NCBI GenBank assembly: GCA_965246895.1
Contig: OZ251993.1
Span: 718,436-782,435, forward strand
Source: Alphaproteobacteria bacterium
Lineage (GTDB): Bacteria; Pseudomonadota; Alphaproteobacteria; JAIXQD01
Length of the DNA: 64,000 nt
Direction: 5' to 3'
Part shown: one piece after another, positions 47,253 to 57,909 of the stretch
Layout of the letters: the number at the start of each line of letters is the position of its first letter
How positions within the stretch are numbered: position 1 is the first letter of the stretch
Notes under the pieces: model-generated
Database searches by the model: none
Seen by the model: only the letters and a program-made list of their open reading frames with translations
What the model was told of the DNA's origin: nothing
Translations under genes and position numbers: made by a program

Positions 47253-48638
47253 ATGCCGACAGCTTTCGTAACCAGCGCCCGCAAAAGCATCCCGCTCGAA
47301 CTTGTTAGCGTAGGCGGACATAAGGCCTGGTTAAAAAATCAAACCCCAGTCACGCGCGCCTGGCTGGAAACGGCGTTGAAGGATGTGAAGGCGGGAAGCC
47401 ATGCGATTTTGCCTGCGACTGATGGCTCCATCAAGCGGGTGGTTGCGATTGTCGCGGATCAGCCGACAGTATGGGATATTGCAGCGCTGCCTTACGCTTT
47501 GCCGATTGGTGCCTATAAAATAGAAAGCAAGCTGGATAGCGATGCCTCGTTCCGGCTATGCCTAGGCTGGGGGCTTGGCGCATATAAATTTACGCGCTAT
47601 CGCGCAGCAAAGCGCCCTGCGGCGCAATTGATATTGCCAGCCAGCATTGATGCGAAGCTGTTGAATGCCATGGTTTCCGCGCAAAGCCTTGGCCGCGACC
47701 TAATCAATACGCCTGCCGATGATCTTGGCCCGCCAGAATTGGCGCAGGCCGCTGTCAACCTCGCCAAGCGTCATGGCGTTAAAGCAAAGGTTATCAAGGG
47801 TGAGGCGCTGCTGCGCGAAAATTTCCCGCTCGTGCATACCGTGGGCAGAGCTGCAAATAAGCCACCGCATCTGATCGACTTTGTTTGGGGCAATGATAAG
47901 CATCCGAAAGTGACGCTGGTCGGCAAAGGCGTCACCTTCGATACAGGCGGACTCGACATTAAAAATGCCACTGGCATGTATCATATGAAAAAAGATATGG
48001 GCGGGGCCGCAGGCGTATTAGCCATCGCCAGCATGATCATGGAAACTGAACTTCCGGTACGGCTAAGAGTGATTATTGCTGCAGTTGAGAATGCTATTGG
48101 CCCGAACGCCATGCGCCCGCGCGATATCGTCAAATGCCGGCAGGGGATCACGGTTGAAATCCAGAATACTGATGCCGAAGGCCGCCTGATCCTGGCCGAC
48201 GCTCTGGCGCTGGCCGCAGAAGAAGCGCCAGACTATTTGATCGACATGGCAACGCTTACAGGCTCGAAGCTGCCGCTGCTGGGGATGGATATCGGCGCGG
48301 TCTTCACCAATAGCGATGCGAGCTATACCGAGCTGAAACGCGCTGCTGATACCCTCAACGATCCGCTCTGGCAAATCCCGATCTGGGCCGATTATGCCAG
48401 TCGTCTGGAAAGCCCTATCGCCGACACGCTGAGCTGTACGGATGGCTATGCCGATCCGATCCTGGCCGCCATCTTCTTGCAGCGCTTTGCCGTACCGAAA
48501 ACCGCTAGTAAAACCAAATGGCTGCATCTCGATGTGATGTGCATGAATATGGCAGCCAAGCCTGGCCGGCCCGAAGGGGGAGAAACCCAGGGCGCGCGGG
48601 GTGTTTTCTGGTGGTTACGCCAAAAATTTAATGGTTAA
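47253..48638 (+). CDS. Leucyl aminopeptidase family (peptidase M17)
   Basis: Track ORF 47226..48638, trimmed to Met10. Contains VGKGVTFDTGGLDIK, MKKDMGGAA and NTDAEGRLILADAL. Confidence 0.85.
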   Translation: MPTAFVTSARKSIPLELVSVGGHKAWLKNQTPVTRAWLETALKDVKAGSHAILPATDGSIKRVVAIVADQPTVWDIAALPYALPIGAYKIESKLDSDASFRLCLGWGLGAYKFTRYRAAKRPAAQLILPASIDAKLLNAMVSAQSLGRDLINTPADDLGPPELAQAAVNLAKRHGVKAKVIKGEALLRENFPLVHTVGRAANKPPHLIDFVWGNDKHPKVTLVGKGVTFDTGGLDIKNATGMYHMKKDMGGAAGVLAIASMIMETELPVRLRVIIAAVENAIGPNAMRPRDIVKCRQGITVEIQNTDAEGRLILADALALAAEEAPDYLIDMATLTGSKLPLLGMDIGAVFTNSDASYTELKRAADTLNDPLWQIPIWADYASRLESPIADTLSCTDGYADPILAAIFLQRFAVPKTASKTKWLHLDVMCMNMAAKPGRPEGGETQGARGVFWWLRQKFNG

Positions 48639-48830
48639 GGCTAATGACATAAGAATCTCATAAAGATCGCAAAACGACCTAGTCGAATCGCGATGTGATG
48701 CCTATATTAATGATAGTTAATCGTAACAAATTCGCTTGCCCTTCGAAACGATCTACGCGATGATAGGGTAATTGAATTGACCTATATCTCTGGCGATATC
48801 GTCAGAGCGCTTTTATTGGAGGCCTGAATT

Positions 48831-49244
48831 ATGACCACCGACCTTAAATCGCTTGGCCTTTGGCGCAATGCATTGGTTTCATCCGTGCGCAGTGACAGCC
48901 CGGATCTTTCGGCACGCCAAATGGCTTTAATGTTAACCGTTTACCTGTCTGACCGCCAACACACGGTGCGGGGCTTGGCAGCAGAACTGAATATCTCGAA
49001 GCCAGCGATCAGTCGTGCGTTAGACCGGTTGGGCGAGTTGAATTTCATCCGCCGCAAGCGCGATGAAGAAGATCGCCGCAACGTTATTGTGCAACGCACA
49101 GTCAAGGGTTCGGTCTACCTCACCGATTTTGCTGAATGGATCAAGGCCGCTGAAGGCAGCCTGAAGGGCGAAGTCTTCAAAGACGATCTGTTCAACTTCA
49201 CGGAAGAAGAGGGGCAGGACGATAGCGAGAGCATCGCCGCCTAA
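48831..49244 (+). CDS. MarR-family winged-helix regulator
   Basis: 137 aa. LSARQMALMLTVYLSDRQHTVRGLAAELNISKPAISRALDRLGELNFIRRKRDEEDRRNVIVQRT has the HTH, wing and D-x-R pattern. Confidence 0.7.
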   Translation: MTTDLKSLGLWRNALVSSVRSDSPDLSARQMALMLTVYLSDRQHTVRGLAAELNISKPAISRALDRLGELNFIRRKRDEEDRRNVIVQRTVKGSVYLTDFAEWIKAAEGSLKGEVFKDDLFNFTEEEGQDDSESIAA

Positions 49245-49265
49245 ATTCCAACATACAGAAATTCA

Positions 49266-49297
49266 AGCGCCGCTAGTTTCAACTGGCGGCGTTTTTG
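49266..49297 (+). terminator. Rho-independent terminator (possibly partial/attenuating)
   Basis: GCGCCGCTAG-tttcaa-CTGGCGGCG followed by ttttt. Confidence 0.6.
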
Positions 49298-49301
49298 ATT
49301 C

Positions 49302-50078
49302 ATGGCAAAGTATAGTATGACTCGCATGCAAATCATCCGGCCCACAGTGTCGCTGCGCGAAATATCGGGACAAATTGGCCGCCGCGATAGTCAGCTTTAT
49401 TATGGTGAAATATTTGATGTTTTGAACATTGAGCAGGAGCGTGCATATGGCAAAAATTGTGCTGATGGCTATGAAGGCTGGTTGGCATTAGATGCGCTTT
49501 CGTCTTATCTCACAGTACCTAACCACCGCGTGATTGCGCAGAGCGCGTTCGTCTATCCAGAGCCAGATGTAAAAACATATGCGCTCATGCAATTACCATT
49601 TGGTGCTTATGTGAATATCATCGAAGGCGAAGCCGAAAATGGTTACGTTAAAATTCAGCTACAGAACCGAACGGGCTGGATCTGGCATACTGTCGTTTTG
49701 CCTTTATCGAAAATACACAGCGATTATGTTGCCGTTGCCGAGCAGTTGCTCGGTGTCCCTTATCTATGGAGCGGGCGTAGCGGACTCGGCATCGACTGTT
49801 CCGGCCTTGTGCAGCTAGCGCTTTCCTTCTGTTCCATAAGTTATCCGCGCGACACATTTCAGCAGGCGCCGTTGGGGATAGATATTCACAGAGATGATCT
49901 GCAACGCGGCGATCTATTATTTACCAAGGGGCATGTAGCCATTGCCGTAGATAAAGCCACCGTTCTGCATGCGAACGAGGAAATCGATAGCAGGGTTGCC
50001 TATGGCTCGCTGGAAAAGGTTGACGCTGCCTATGCTTTTTCCTCGATCAAGCGACCACAAATGCTTGCTGCCGCTTAG
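49302..50078 (+). CDS. SH3b + NlpC/P60 (C40) cell-wall peptidase, YkfC-like architecture
   Basis: 258 aa. The N-terminal SH3b-like half contains GWIW. The C-terminal half has GVPYLWSGRSGLGIDCSGLVQ (catalytic Cys) and GHVAI (His). Confidence 0.8.
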   Translation: MAKYSMTRMQIIRPTVSLREISGQIGRRDSQLYYGEIFDVLNIEQERAYGKNCADGYEGWLALDALSSYLTVPNHRVIAQSAFVYPEPDVKTYALMQLPFGAYVNIIEGEAENGYVKIQLQNRTGWIWHTVVLPLSKIHSDYVAVAEQLLGVPYLWSGRSGLGIDCSGLVQLALSFCSISYPRDTFQQAPLGIDIHRDDLQRGDLLFTKGHVAIAVDKATVLHANEEIDSRVAYGSLEKVDAAYAFSSIKRPQMLAAA

Positions 50079-50099
50079 AAAGCCTTGTAAGAGGCTAGA

Positions 50100-51491
50100 A
50101 TGATTAACCCGCGCTATTTTTTCGTTGGCATTGGTGGCAGTGGCATGTTGCCCCTGGCGCTTATCTTAGAAGCCAAAGGCTTTAAGATCGCGGGTTCCGA
50201 CCGCTCGCTTGACCAGCACAAGCTCTCCGCAAAATTCGAATTCTTGAAGTCGCGCGGTGTTGCGCTATTTCCTCAGGATGGCAGTGGCGTCGCGCCCGGC
50301 GATATCGTTGTTGCCTCGACCGCAGTCGAGGAAACCGTGCCTGATGTGATTGCAGCCAACAAGTTGGGCGCACAGCGGCTGACCCGTGCAGAACTGCTAT
50401 CGCAGCTATTTAACACAGCGCCTTGTTCGATCGGCATCGCCGGCACCAGTGGCAAGTCGACCGTGACCGGCATGATCGGTTTGATGCTGGAAGTGTGCGG
50501 CAAGCACCCCACCGTCATGAACGGCGCAATCATGAAAAACTTTATTTCATCGACTGTGCCGTTTGCCAGCGCGCTGGTCGGGCATGGCGATAATTTTGTA
50601 AGCGAGGTTGATGAAAGCGATGGGTCGATTACGCTATTCACGCCGAATGTGGCAGTGCTGAATAATGTCGGCTTCGATCATAAGCCGCTGGAAGAATTGC
50701 GGCCGCTGTTTCAGGATTTTATCGCCAAGGCCAAGACGGCAGTTGTAAACTTTGATAACGATGAAGCGAAGGCGCTTACGCAGAACCTAAGGTCGGAAAC
50801 GAAGATCTATAGCTTTGCCATCGATGCCGAAGCTGACCTGCGCGCGAGTGATATCGACGAGCAGCCGCATGGCGTCAGCTTTAGTCTATCCGAACGGGGC
50901 GGCGAGAGCTTCCCGGTCTCGCTTTCGGTGCCAGGGCGGCATAACGTGCTGAACGCTATGGCAGCGGTGGGCGCTGTGCGTGCAACGGGTATTTCGCTCG
51001 AAGATGCGGCACAGGCCATCGCTTCATTTAAAGGCCTGCGACGACGACTGGAATTGGTGGGCATCAAAAATGGCGTCACGGTCATCGATGACTTTGGCCA
51101 TAACCCCGATAAAATCGCCGTAGCGATGGATGCCCTGCACGCCTTTCCTGGTCGCATCTTGGCGTTGTTTCAGCCACATGGCTTCGGCCCATTAAGGCTT
51201 ATGCGCAAGGAATTGGTGCAGACGTTTGTCGAGCGGATGCAGCCTGACGATCAAGTGATCTTCGTGGATCCCGTTTATCAAGGTGGTACCGTTAAGCGTG
51301 ACGTCACCAGCGCGGATTTGATTGCCGATATTGTCGCAGCTGGCCGCCAGGCGATCTATATCGCCGACCGCACCGAGGCAGCAGCCTATCTGGTTACCAA
51401 TGCGCAGCCGCATGATCGGTTGATCATTATGGGTGCACGCGACGATACCCTTAGTGCATTCGCCCATGATTTGCTGGACAGCTTGCCATGA
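50100..51491 (+). CDS. mpl: Mur ligase family, MurC/Mpl type; by context probably the muropeptide-recycling ligase Mpl
   Basis: 463 aa. Contains FFVGIGGSGMLPLALILEAKGFKIAGSD and the P-loop GIAGTSGKSTVTGM. It lies outside any dcw cluster and overlaps the LD-carboxypeptidase gene by 4 nt. Confidence 0.65.
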   Translation: MINPRYFFVGIGGSGMLPLALILEAKGFKIAGSDRSLDQHKLSAKFEFLKSRGVALFPQDGSGVAPGDIVVASTAVEETVPDVIAANKLGAQRLTRAELLSQLFNTAPCSIGIAGTSGKSTVTGMIGLMLEVCGKHPTVMNGAIMKNFISSTVPFASALVGHGDNFVSEVDESDGSITLFTPNVAVLNNVGFDHKPLEELRPLFQDFIAKAKTAVVNFDNDEAKALTQNLRSETKIYSFAIDAEADLRASDIDEQPHGVSFSLSERGGESFPVSLSVPGRHNVLNAMAAVGAVRATGISLEDAAQAIASFKGLRRRLELVGIKNGVTVIDDFGHNPDKIAVAMDALHAFPGRILALFQPHGFGPLRLMRKELVQTFVERMQPDDQVIFVDPVYQGGTVKRDVTSADLIADIVAAGRQAIYIADRTEAAAYLVTNAQPHDRLIIMGARDDTLSAFAHDLLDSLP

Positions 51492-52303
51492 CGAAGCGCG
51501 TGATTGTCGTCGCGCCGGGGCGAAACATCACACAGGACATTGCTGATCGCGTGTTGGCATTGGCAGCTAACACGCCTGTCAAAGTTACGTTTCATCCGCA
51601 GTGTTTTCTATCCCATGGGCATTTTGCCGGCAAGGATGCGGAGCGTGCCGCGGCATTCATCGAAGCCGCTAATGATCCCGCTTTCAATGCAGTCTGGCTC
51701 GCACGAGGTGGTTACGGTGCGGTGCGTATCACTGATGTCGTCAGTAAGCTAGGCGCTGCTGCCCGCCAAAAAACCTATCTTGGGTATAGCGATAACGGGT
51801 TCCTGCTGGCGCCACTCTACAAGCATCAAATTGGCCGGCAGGTACATGCACCAATTCCTGTTGATATCACACGCACAGACGGTGAAGCCGCCATTATGCG
51901 AGTGCTTGATTGGCTGCAGGACGAAACGCAGGGCGTCGAGTCACAGCGCAACGCAAAGACACCGACTATTGCGATGAATGCTACTGTTTTGGCAAGCCTT
52001 CAGGGAACAGACTTATTGCCGGACTTCACAGGGCATGAATTGCTGATCGAAGAAGTATCCGAATATGATTATCGCTTCGACCGTGCACTATTTCAGATCA
52101 TGGAAGGGCTGAAAGATTCTAAGTTAGCAGGCTTGCGTCTGGGCCGCGTGCTGGATATCCCGACCAATACAATTGAGTTTGGGCAGGATGCGGAAGCTAT
52201 CGCAAAATATTGGTGCGCGAAGTTCGGCATTCCTTATTTGGGCCGCGCTGACATCGGCCATGATATCGATAATAAAATCGTGCCGTTTGGCCTGGTCGGC
52301 TAG
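51488..52303 (+). CDS. ldcA: LD-carboxypeptidase (peptidase S66, LdcA-like)
   Basis: 271 aa. Contains ARGGYGAVRI, the nucleophile context LGYSDNG and GRADIGHD near the C-terminus. Confidence 0.8.
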   Translation: MTKRVIVVAPGRNITQDIADRVLALAANTPVKVTFHPQCFLSHGHFAGKDAERAAAFIEAANDPAFNAVWLARGGYGAVRITDVVSKLGAAARQKTYLGYSDNGFLLAPLYKHQIGRQVHAPIPVDITRTDGEAAIMRVLDWLQDETQGVESQRNAKTPTIAMNATVLASLQGTDLLPDFTGHELLIEEVSEYDYRFDRALFQIMEGLKDSKLAGLRLGRVLDIPTNTIEFGQDAEAIAKYWCAKFGIPYLGRADIGHDIDNKIVPFGLVG

Positions 52304-53889
52304 TCGAACGAAGCTGCTAGCAGTGCTTTCGTGTAATCGCTACGCGGTGCATTGAAGATCGCCTGCACGCTGCCGCTTTCTACCTCACGACCGTCCTTCA
52401 TCACCAGCACGCGATGCGCCATGGCGCGAACCACGGCCAAATCATGCGTTATAAGCAGATATGACAAGCCATGCTTGGCCTGCAAATCCTTTAGTAACGA
52501 TAGCACTTGCTTTTGCACGCTGCGATCAAGCGCGCTGGTCGGCTCGTCCAGCACAACTAGCTTCGGCTTTAAAATTAACGCGCGGGCGATGGCAAGGCGC
52601 TGCCGCTGCCCACCAGAAAATTCATGCGGGTAGCGATCGGCTGTGGCGATATCAAGACCTACGTCTTTGAAAATCTGTTCCAGCTTTTGCTGTTGTTCAG
52701 CTTTGCCGATCTTTTGGCCAAGGGTTGAAGAGTGCCAGCGTAGCCCTTCCAGCACAATGTCGCGGGCAGGCATGCGGGGTGATAACGCGCTGAACGGGTC
52801 TTGGAATACGGCCTGTAGATCCTCACGGGCTTTGCGTAATTTACTACCCGAAAGCTGATCAAGTTGTTTTCCATTAAAACTGATCGCGCCTTGGCTATCC
52901 GTTAAGCGCAGAATGGCATTGGCCAGTGTGGTCTTGCCGCTGCCTGACTCGCCGACGATTCCTAGCGTTTCGCCTTGCCGGATATTTAGCGTGATACCAT
53001 CAACGGCTTTTATATGCCCGCTCGTGCGGCGCAATACGCCCACTTTTATCGGGAAATGCACTTTTAAGTCATCGGCCTGCAGTAGCGCGGGGGCATCGGT
53101 AGTCACGGGTGTTGCCATGCCGCTAGGCGCGCTATCCAATAACAGCTTGGTATAATCATGTTGCGGGCGGGCGAAAATGTCCGCCGCCGCGCCGCTTTCT
53201 ACAATCTCGCCATGGCGCATGACGGCCACAGTATCGGCCATGCGCTTGACGATGCCAAGGTCGTGCGTGATCAGCAGTAAAGCCATGCCGAGCCTTTGCT
53301 GCAGCGCGCGCAGCAGGTCAAGAATTTGCGCCTGCACCGTTACATCCAGCGCTGTCGTCGGCTCGTCCGCGATCAATAACTCAGGCTCGCCGGCCAGCGC
53401 CATCGCGATCATTACGCGCTGCCGCTGCCCGCCGGAAAGTTCGTGCGGATAGGCGTTTATTTTTTGCTCGACATCCGGCAGCTGCACGAGACGTAGCAGT
53501 TCCAGCGTACGGGCGCGGGCCGCATCGCTTTTCAGTTGCTTGTGCAGCCACAGCGACTCGCCAATCTGGCGACCGATGCGATGCAGCGGATTTAGCGCCG
53601 TCATCGGCTCCTGAAAAATCATGCCGATGCGACCGCCGCGAACGGATTGCAACAGCTTCGCCGGCGCGCCCACCAATTCCACACCGTCAAGTTTGATGCC
53701 GCCGCTCGGATGACTAGCGTAGGGGTAGGGTAATAGTTGCAACAGCGACAGTGCAGTCACGGACTTGCCGGAGCCTGACTCGCCAACGAGAGCTAGCGTC
53801 CGGCCTTTCTCAAGTGTAAACGAAACGTTTTTTACAACCGACGTCTTGCCAAAATTCACGGAAAGATTTTGAATAGAAAGAAGCGTCAT
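52300..53889 (-). CDS. yejF: ABC transporter ATP-binding protein with duplicated ATPase domains (YejF type)
   Basis: 529 aa. Has two Walker A motifs (GESGSGKS twice) and two signature motifs ([16 protein letters not shown]). Confidence 0.9.
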   Translation of the reverse strand: MTLLSIQNLSVNFGKTSVVKNVSFTLEKGRTLALVGESGSGKSVTALSLLQLLPYPYASHPSGGIKLDGVELVGAPAKLLQSVRGGRIGMIFQEPMTALNPLHRIGRQIGESLWLHKQLKSDAARARTLELLRLVQLPDVEQKINAYPHELSGGQRQRVMIAMALAGEPELLIADEPTTALDVTVQAQILDLLRALQQRLGMALLLITHDLGIVKRMADTVAVMRHGEIVESGAAADIFARPQHDYTKLLLDSAPSGMATPVTTDAPALLQADDLKVHFPIKVGVLRRTSGHIKAVDGITLNIRQGETLGIVGESGSGKTTLANAILRLTDSQGAISFNGKQLDQLSGSKLRKAREDLQAVFQDPFSALSPRMPARDIVLEGLRWHSSTLGQKIGKAEQQQKLEQIFKDVGLDIATADRYPHEFSGGQRQRLAIARALILKPKLVVLDEPTSALDRSVQKQVLSLLKDLQAKHGLSYLLITHDLAVVRAMAHRVLVMKDGREVESGSVQAIFNAPRSDYTKALLAASFD

Positions 53890-54911
53890 CTTACATTCTT
53901 CCGCGGGTCGAAAGCGTCGCGCAGTGCCTCGCCGATAAAGACTAATAACGTCAGCAAGATTGAAAGCGATAGGAATGCCGTTAGCCCCAGCCAGGGGCTA
54001 TCGATATTGTTCTTGCCCTGTGCCAGCAGCTCACCCAATGAAGGTGATCCCGGTGGCAACCCAAAACCTAAGAAGTCGAGCGCAGTTAGGGTCGTGATGG
54101 CGCCTGTCAGTTGGAAGGGCAAAAAGGTGAGGGTGGCGACCAGTGCATTCGGCAAGATATGGCGGCGCATGATCACAAAATCGGTCAAGCCCAAGGCTTT
54201 GGCGGCACGCACGTAATCGAGATTGCGCCCGCGTAGAAATTCAGCCCGCACAACGCCCACCAAATGCATCCAGGAAAACAGCAGCAGCAGCCCCAGTAGC
54301 CAGCCAAAGCTGGGCGTTACCAGGCTGCCCATAATAATCAGAAGGAACAGCGCCGGCATGCCCGACCAAATCTCGATCACGCGTTGCGCGATCAGGTCAG
54401 TCCAGCCGCCGAAATAACCCTGCATGGCACCTGCGAAGATACCAATGACGCTGGCGAGTATCGTCAGCGCCAGCCCGAACAGAAGCGAAATGCGGAAGCC
54501 ATAAATGAGACGCGCCAAAACATCGCGGCCTTGATCGTCAGTGCCGAGCCAGTTTTGCGCCGAGGGCGGTGTCGGTGCAGGGGCAGTTAAATCATAATTG
54601 ATGGTGTCGTAGCGGAACGGGATCAGCGGCCAAATGGCCCAGCCGCTTTTATCCATCAGCTCGCGAATATAGGGGTCACGGTAATTGGTGGCGGTTGGGA
54701 AATCGCCGCCCCATTGCGTTTCGGGATAATTGTGCAGTACCGGGCTGTAATAATGGTCATGAAATTTGACTAATAACGGCCGGTCATTGGCGATAAATTC
54801 GGCTGGCAACACGAATAGAAATAGCAGCGCCACTAGCCATAAAGCGTAAAAGCCGCGCCTGTTCTGCCGGAATTGCGCCAGCCGACGCATTGCAAGCGGC
54901 GATAATCTCAT
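53886..54911 (-). CDS. yejE: Oligopeptide-type ABC transporter permease (YejE type)
   Basis: Track ORF 53886..55019, trimmed to Met37. MRLSPLAMRRLAQFRQNRRG parallels the E. coli YejE N-terminus MSRLSP. Multi-TM BPD-type permease. Confidence 0.85.
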   Translation of the reverse strand: MRLSPLAMRRLAQFRQNRRGFYALWLVALLFLFVLPAEFIANDRPLLVKFHDHYYSPVLHNYPETQWGGDFPTATNYRDPYIRELMDKSGWAIWPLIPFRYDTINYDLTAPAPTPPSAQNWLGTDDQGRDVLARLIYGFRISLLFGLALTILASVIGIFAGAMQGYFGGWTDLIAQRVIEIWSGMPALFLLIIMGSLVTPSFGWLLGLLLLFSWMHLVGVVRAEFLRGRNLDYVRAAKALGLTDFVIMRRHILPNALVATLTFLPFQLTGAITTLTALDFLGFGLPPGSPSLGELLAQGKNNIDSPWLGLTAFLSLSILLTLLVFIGEALRDAFDPRKNVR

Positions 54912-55014
54912 CGTTTCGCCTCGAAGCTTATACGCGGCATCGCCAAAGGCGAAAAAATAAAATTGATCCGCAACAGAAGATGAATCATCGTTTCGCCTCG
55001 AAGCTGATACGCGG
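54908..55014. repeat. 30-nt direct repeat (one mismatch, period 77 nt) at the yejB/yejE junction
   Basis: TCATCGTTTCGCCTCGAAGCT(T/G)ATACGCGG occurs at 54908-54937 and at 54985-55014. One copy holds the yejB stop and the other holds the yejE start. Confidence 0.85.
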
Positions 55015-56088
55015 ATCAACCAGCATGTAAAGGATATCGCCGATGAGGTTCGCTACAAGGCCGATTAGCGTGAAGATGAACAGCGTGCCGAATAATACCG
55101 GGTAATCGCGATTGACCGCCGCCTCAAAGCCTAGCAGCCCTAATCCATCAAGCGAGAAGATCACTTCGATTAATAGTGCGCCGGTAAAAAGGATGTGCAC
55201 TAGCGCCTGTGGCAACCCGGCAATCACAATCAGCATCGCATTGCGGAACACATGCCCATACAGAACGCGCTTTGGCCCCGCGCCTTTGGCGCGCGCGGTC
55301 AATACATATTGTTTGCCAATCTCGTCGATGAAGGAATTCTTAGTAAGGAAGGTGAGGCTGGCGAAGCCGCCGATCACCAGCGCGGTCACTGGCAGTGTGA
55401 TGTGCCAGAGGTAGTCAAGGATTTTACCGCCCGTTGAAAGCTCGGCCCAATTATCACTTGTCAGCCCGCGCAATGGGAACCAGTCGAAATAGCGTCCGCC
55501 CGCAAAAACGATGATCAGCAAGATCGCGAACAGGAAACCGGGAATGGCATAGCCGATGATGATTGCGGTCGAACTCCACAAATCGAACGGTGAGCCATCC
55601 CGCGTGGCCTTGGCAACGCCAAGCGGGATTGAGATTAAGTAGATCAGTAACGTCGTCCACAGTCCTAGCGAGATCGAAACCGGCAGCTTATCCGCAATCA
55701 GGTCGATCACCCGCGTGTCGCGGAAATAGCTGCTGCCGAAATCCAGCGTTGCGTAATTTTTCAGCATCAGCCAAAAGCGCTCGGGCAAGGGCTTGTCAAA
55801 CCCATATTGCACTTCAAGCTCTTTGATAAATTCGGGGTCGAGGCCCTGCGCGCCCTTATATTGGCTTACACTGCCGCCGGCTTGCGGCTGTAGGTTGCGT
55901 GCCGCCTCCACGGTATCCCCGCCACCGGAAAAACGATTGGTCGCACCGGCGTCCATCCCCTGCAATTTGGCAGCCATGCGCTCAACCGGCCCGCCAGGGG
56001 CCAGCTGCACAATCAGGAAGTTTAACAGCAGGATACCCAGCAGTGTCGGCACGATCAGTGCCAGCCGCCGGATGATATAAGCGATCAT
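54985..56088 (-). CDS. yejB: Oligopeptide-type ABC transporter permease (YejB type)
   Basis: 367 aa. [36 protein letters not shown] is the typical DppB/YejB N-terminus. Confidence 0.9.
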   Translation of the reverse strand: MIAYIIRRLALIVPTLLGILLLNFLIVQLAPGGPVERMAAKLQGMDAGATNRFSGGGDTVEAARNLQPQAGGSVSQYKGAQGLDPEFIKELEVQYGFDKPLPERFWLMLKNYATLDFGSSYFRDTRVIDLIADKLPVSISLGLWTTLLIYLISIPLGVAKATRDGSPFDLWSSTAIIIGYAIPGFLFAILLIIVFAGGRYFDWFPLRGLTSDNWAELSTGGKILDYLWHITLPVTALVIGGFASLTFLTKNSFIDEIGKQYVLTARAKGAGPKRVLYGHVFRNAMLIVIAGLPQALVHILFTGALLIEVIFSLDGLGLLGFEAAVNRDYPVLFGTLFIFTLIGLVANLIGDILYMLVDPRISFEAKR

Positions 56089-56090
56089 GC

Positions 56091-57866
56091 CTATTGTTTA
56101 GACCACCAGCTATCCACCGCCAAGCCATAAGGCGGCGGGTGCCCATTTGGGTCTTTGGGCATCGCTAGCCGGTTCCAATAAGCGAGGCGATATTTGCCGA
56201 TATGCCAATGCGGAATGACGTAGAAATTCCAGCTTAAGACACGATCCAAGGCGTGGGCAGCTGTTAAAAGTTGCTCACGTGTTTGCGCGGCGATCAGCGC
56301 TGCAATCAATGTATCGACCGCCGGATTCCTAACCCCCATAATATTACGGCTACCAGGTAGAGCAGCGCGATCGCTGCCCCAATAATCGGTCTGCTCATTT
56401 CCAGGCGATAAAGATTGCGGATAAACCCCCATGGTTACGTCAAAATCGAAATCGTTCAGGCGGCGCTGATATTGTGCGCTGTCGATCACGCGATAGCTGG
56501 CCTTGATGCCAAGCCGTTCGAGGTTACGCAGGAACGGCTGCACCCAGCGTTCCAGCAGCGGGCTGCCATCGGTAATCTCGAACGTGAATTGTTCGCCTTT
56601 AGAATTGAGCAATTTTCCATCTTTCAGATTCCAGCCAGCATCCTTGAGCAAGGCCAAGGCTTTTTGCAGGCCTGCGCGGTTAGTGCCGCTGGCATCCGTC
56701 TTTGGCGGATTGTATTCGGCCGTGAAGACGCGCTCCGGAATTAGCGCGCGCAGCGGCTCTAGCAGTTTCAGTTCGTCTGGGGAGGGCAGACCGGTTGCCG
56801 CTAAATCTGTATTATCGAAATAGCTGCGCGTACGGGTATAGGCGCCGAAGGCGAGGCTTTTATTGCTCCATTCAAAGTCGAAGGCATAGCCAAGCGCCTC
56901 GCGCACGCGTGCATCTTTGAAAAGATCGCGGCGCAAATTGAACACATAGCCCTGCATAAGCGAAGGCAGCCCGTTCGGCAGCTCTGTCTTGATTAGCCTG
57001 CCGTCTTTTATGGCGGGCAGGGCGTCATAAGCTGTCGCCCAATTCTTGGCGATATTTTCGGCGCGGAAATCCAGTTTGCCCGCTAGGAAGGCTTCAAAGG
57101 CCACGGTTGGGTCGCGATAATAGTCATAGGACAGCCGGTCGAAGTTATACCTGCCGCGCATCGTCGGCAGAGTTTCGCCCCACCAGCCTTTTACCCGCTC
57201 CAACGCAATGCTGCGGCCTGCATCGGCTTGCGTGACCTGGTATGGCCCGCTACCGAGGAGAGGCGTCAGCGTCGTGGCGGTAAAGTCTTTGTCCTTAAAG
57301 CTAGCTTTAGACAAAATTGGCATTTGTCCAATGATTAGAGGAAGTTCGCGGTTATCCTTATTGGCTAAGGTGAACTTCACATGCGTTGCATCAATGGCTT
57401 CGGCCTTGGAAACTGCGCCATAGTAACCGCGATAGAATGGGGAGCCTTTGGCCTTCAGCGTCTCGAATGTCCAGACGATATCCTGGGCCGTGATGGGGCT
57501 GCCGTCATGGAAGGTGATGCCGGGTCGCAGTGTGAAGCTGACACTGCCACGATCAGCGGCTAGTTCCACTGCGTCAGCGGCATAGCCATAAGCCGAAAAT
57601 GGTTCATCCAAACTGGGCTCCAGCAGGGTGGCAAAAGTCTGCGTGATACCGTCTGCGGCTTCGCCTTTAACGATAAAGGGATTTAACGAGTCGAAGCTGC
57701 CGATCGCCCCCATCTTGAAGCTGCCGCCTTTGGGTGCGTCAGGGTTCACATAACTAAAGCTTTTGAAATCTACCGGATATTTTGGCTCACCATAAAGCGC
57801 GAGTCCGTGCGTGGCGGCGAGCGCTGGGCAGGAGAGCAGCAGGAAGGCGAAAATCAGGCGGAGCAT
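56091..57866 (-). CDS. yejA: Periplasmic substrate-binding protein, family 5 (YejA/YepA type)
   Basis: Track ORF 56091..57965, trimmed to Met34, giving the signal peptide [21 protein letters not shown]. The size and sequence fit YejA-type SBPs. Confidence 0.85.
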   Translation of the reverse strand: MLRLIFAFLLLSCPALAATHGLALYGEPKYPVDFKSFSYVNPDAPKGGSFKMGAIGSFDSLNPFIVKGEAADGITQTFATLLEPSLDEPFSAYGYAADAVELAADRGSVSFTLRPGITFHDGSPITAQDIVWTFETLKAKGSPFYRGYYGAVSKAEAIDATHVKFTLANKDNRELPLIIGQMPILSKASFKDKDFTATTLTPLLGSGPYQVTQADAGRSIALERVKGWWGETLPTMRGRYNFDRLSYDYYRDPTVAFEAFLAGKLDFRAENIAKNWATAYDALPAIKDGRLIKTELPNGLPSLMQGYVFNLRRDLFKDARVREALGYAFDFEWSNKSLAFGAYTRTRSYFDNTDLAATGLPSPDELKLLEPLRALIPERVFTAEYNPPKTDASGTNRAGLQKALALLKDAGWNLKDGKLLNSKGEQFTFEITDGSPLLERWVQPFLRNLERLGIKASYRVIDSAQYQRRLNDFDFDVTMGVYPQSLSPGNEQTDYWGSDRAALPGSRNIMGVRNPAVDTLIAALIAAQTREQLLTAAHALDRVLSWNFYVIPHWHIGKYRLAYWNRLAMPKDPNGHPPPYGLAVDSWWSKQ

Positions 57867-57909
57867 GGCGGGCCTTTGCAAAGGGACATTGTCGCCATAA
57901 ACTTGCGCC

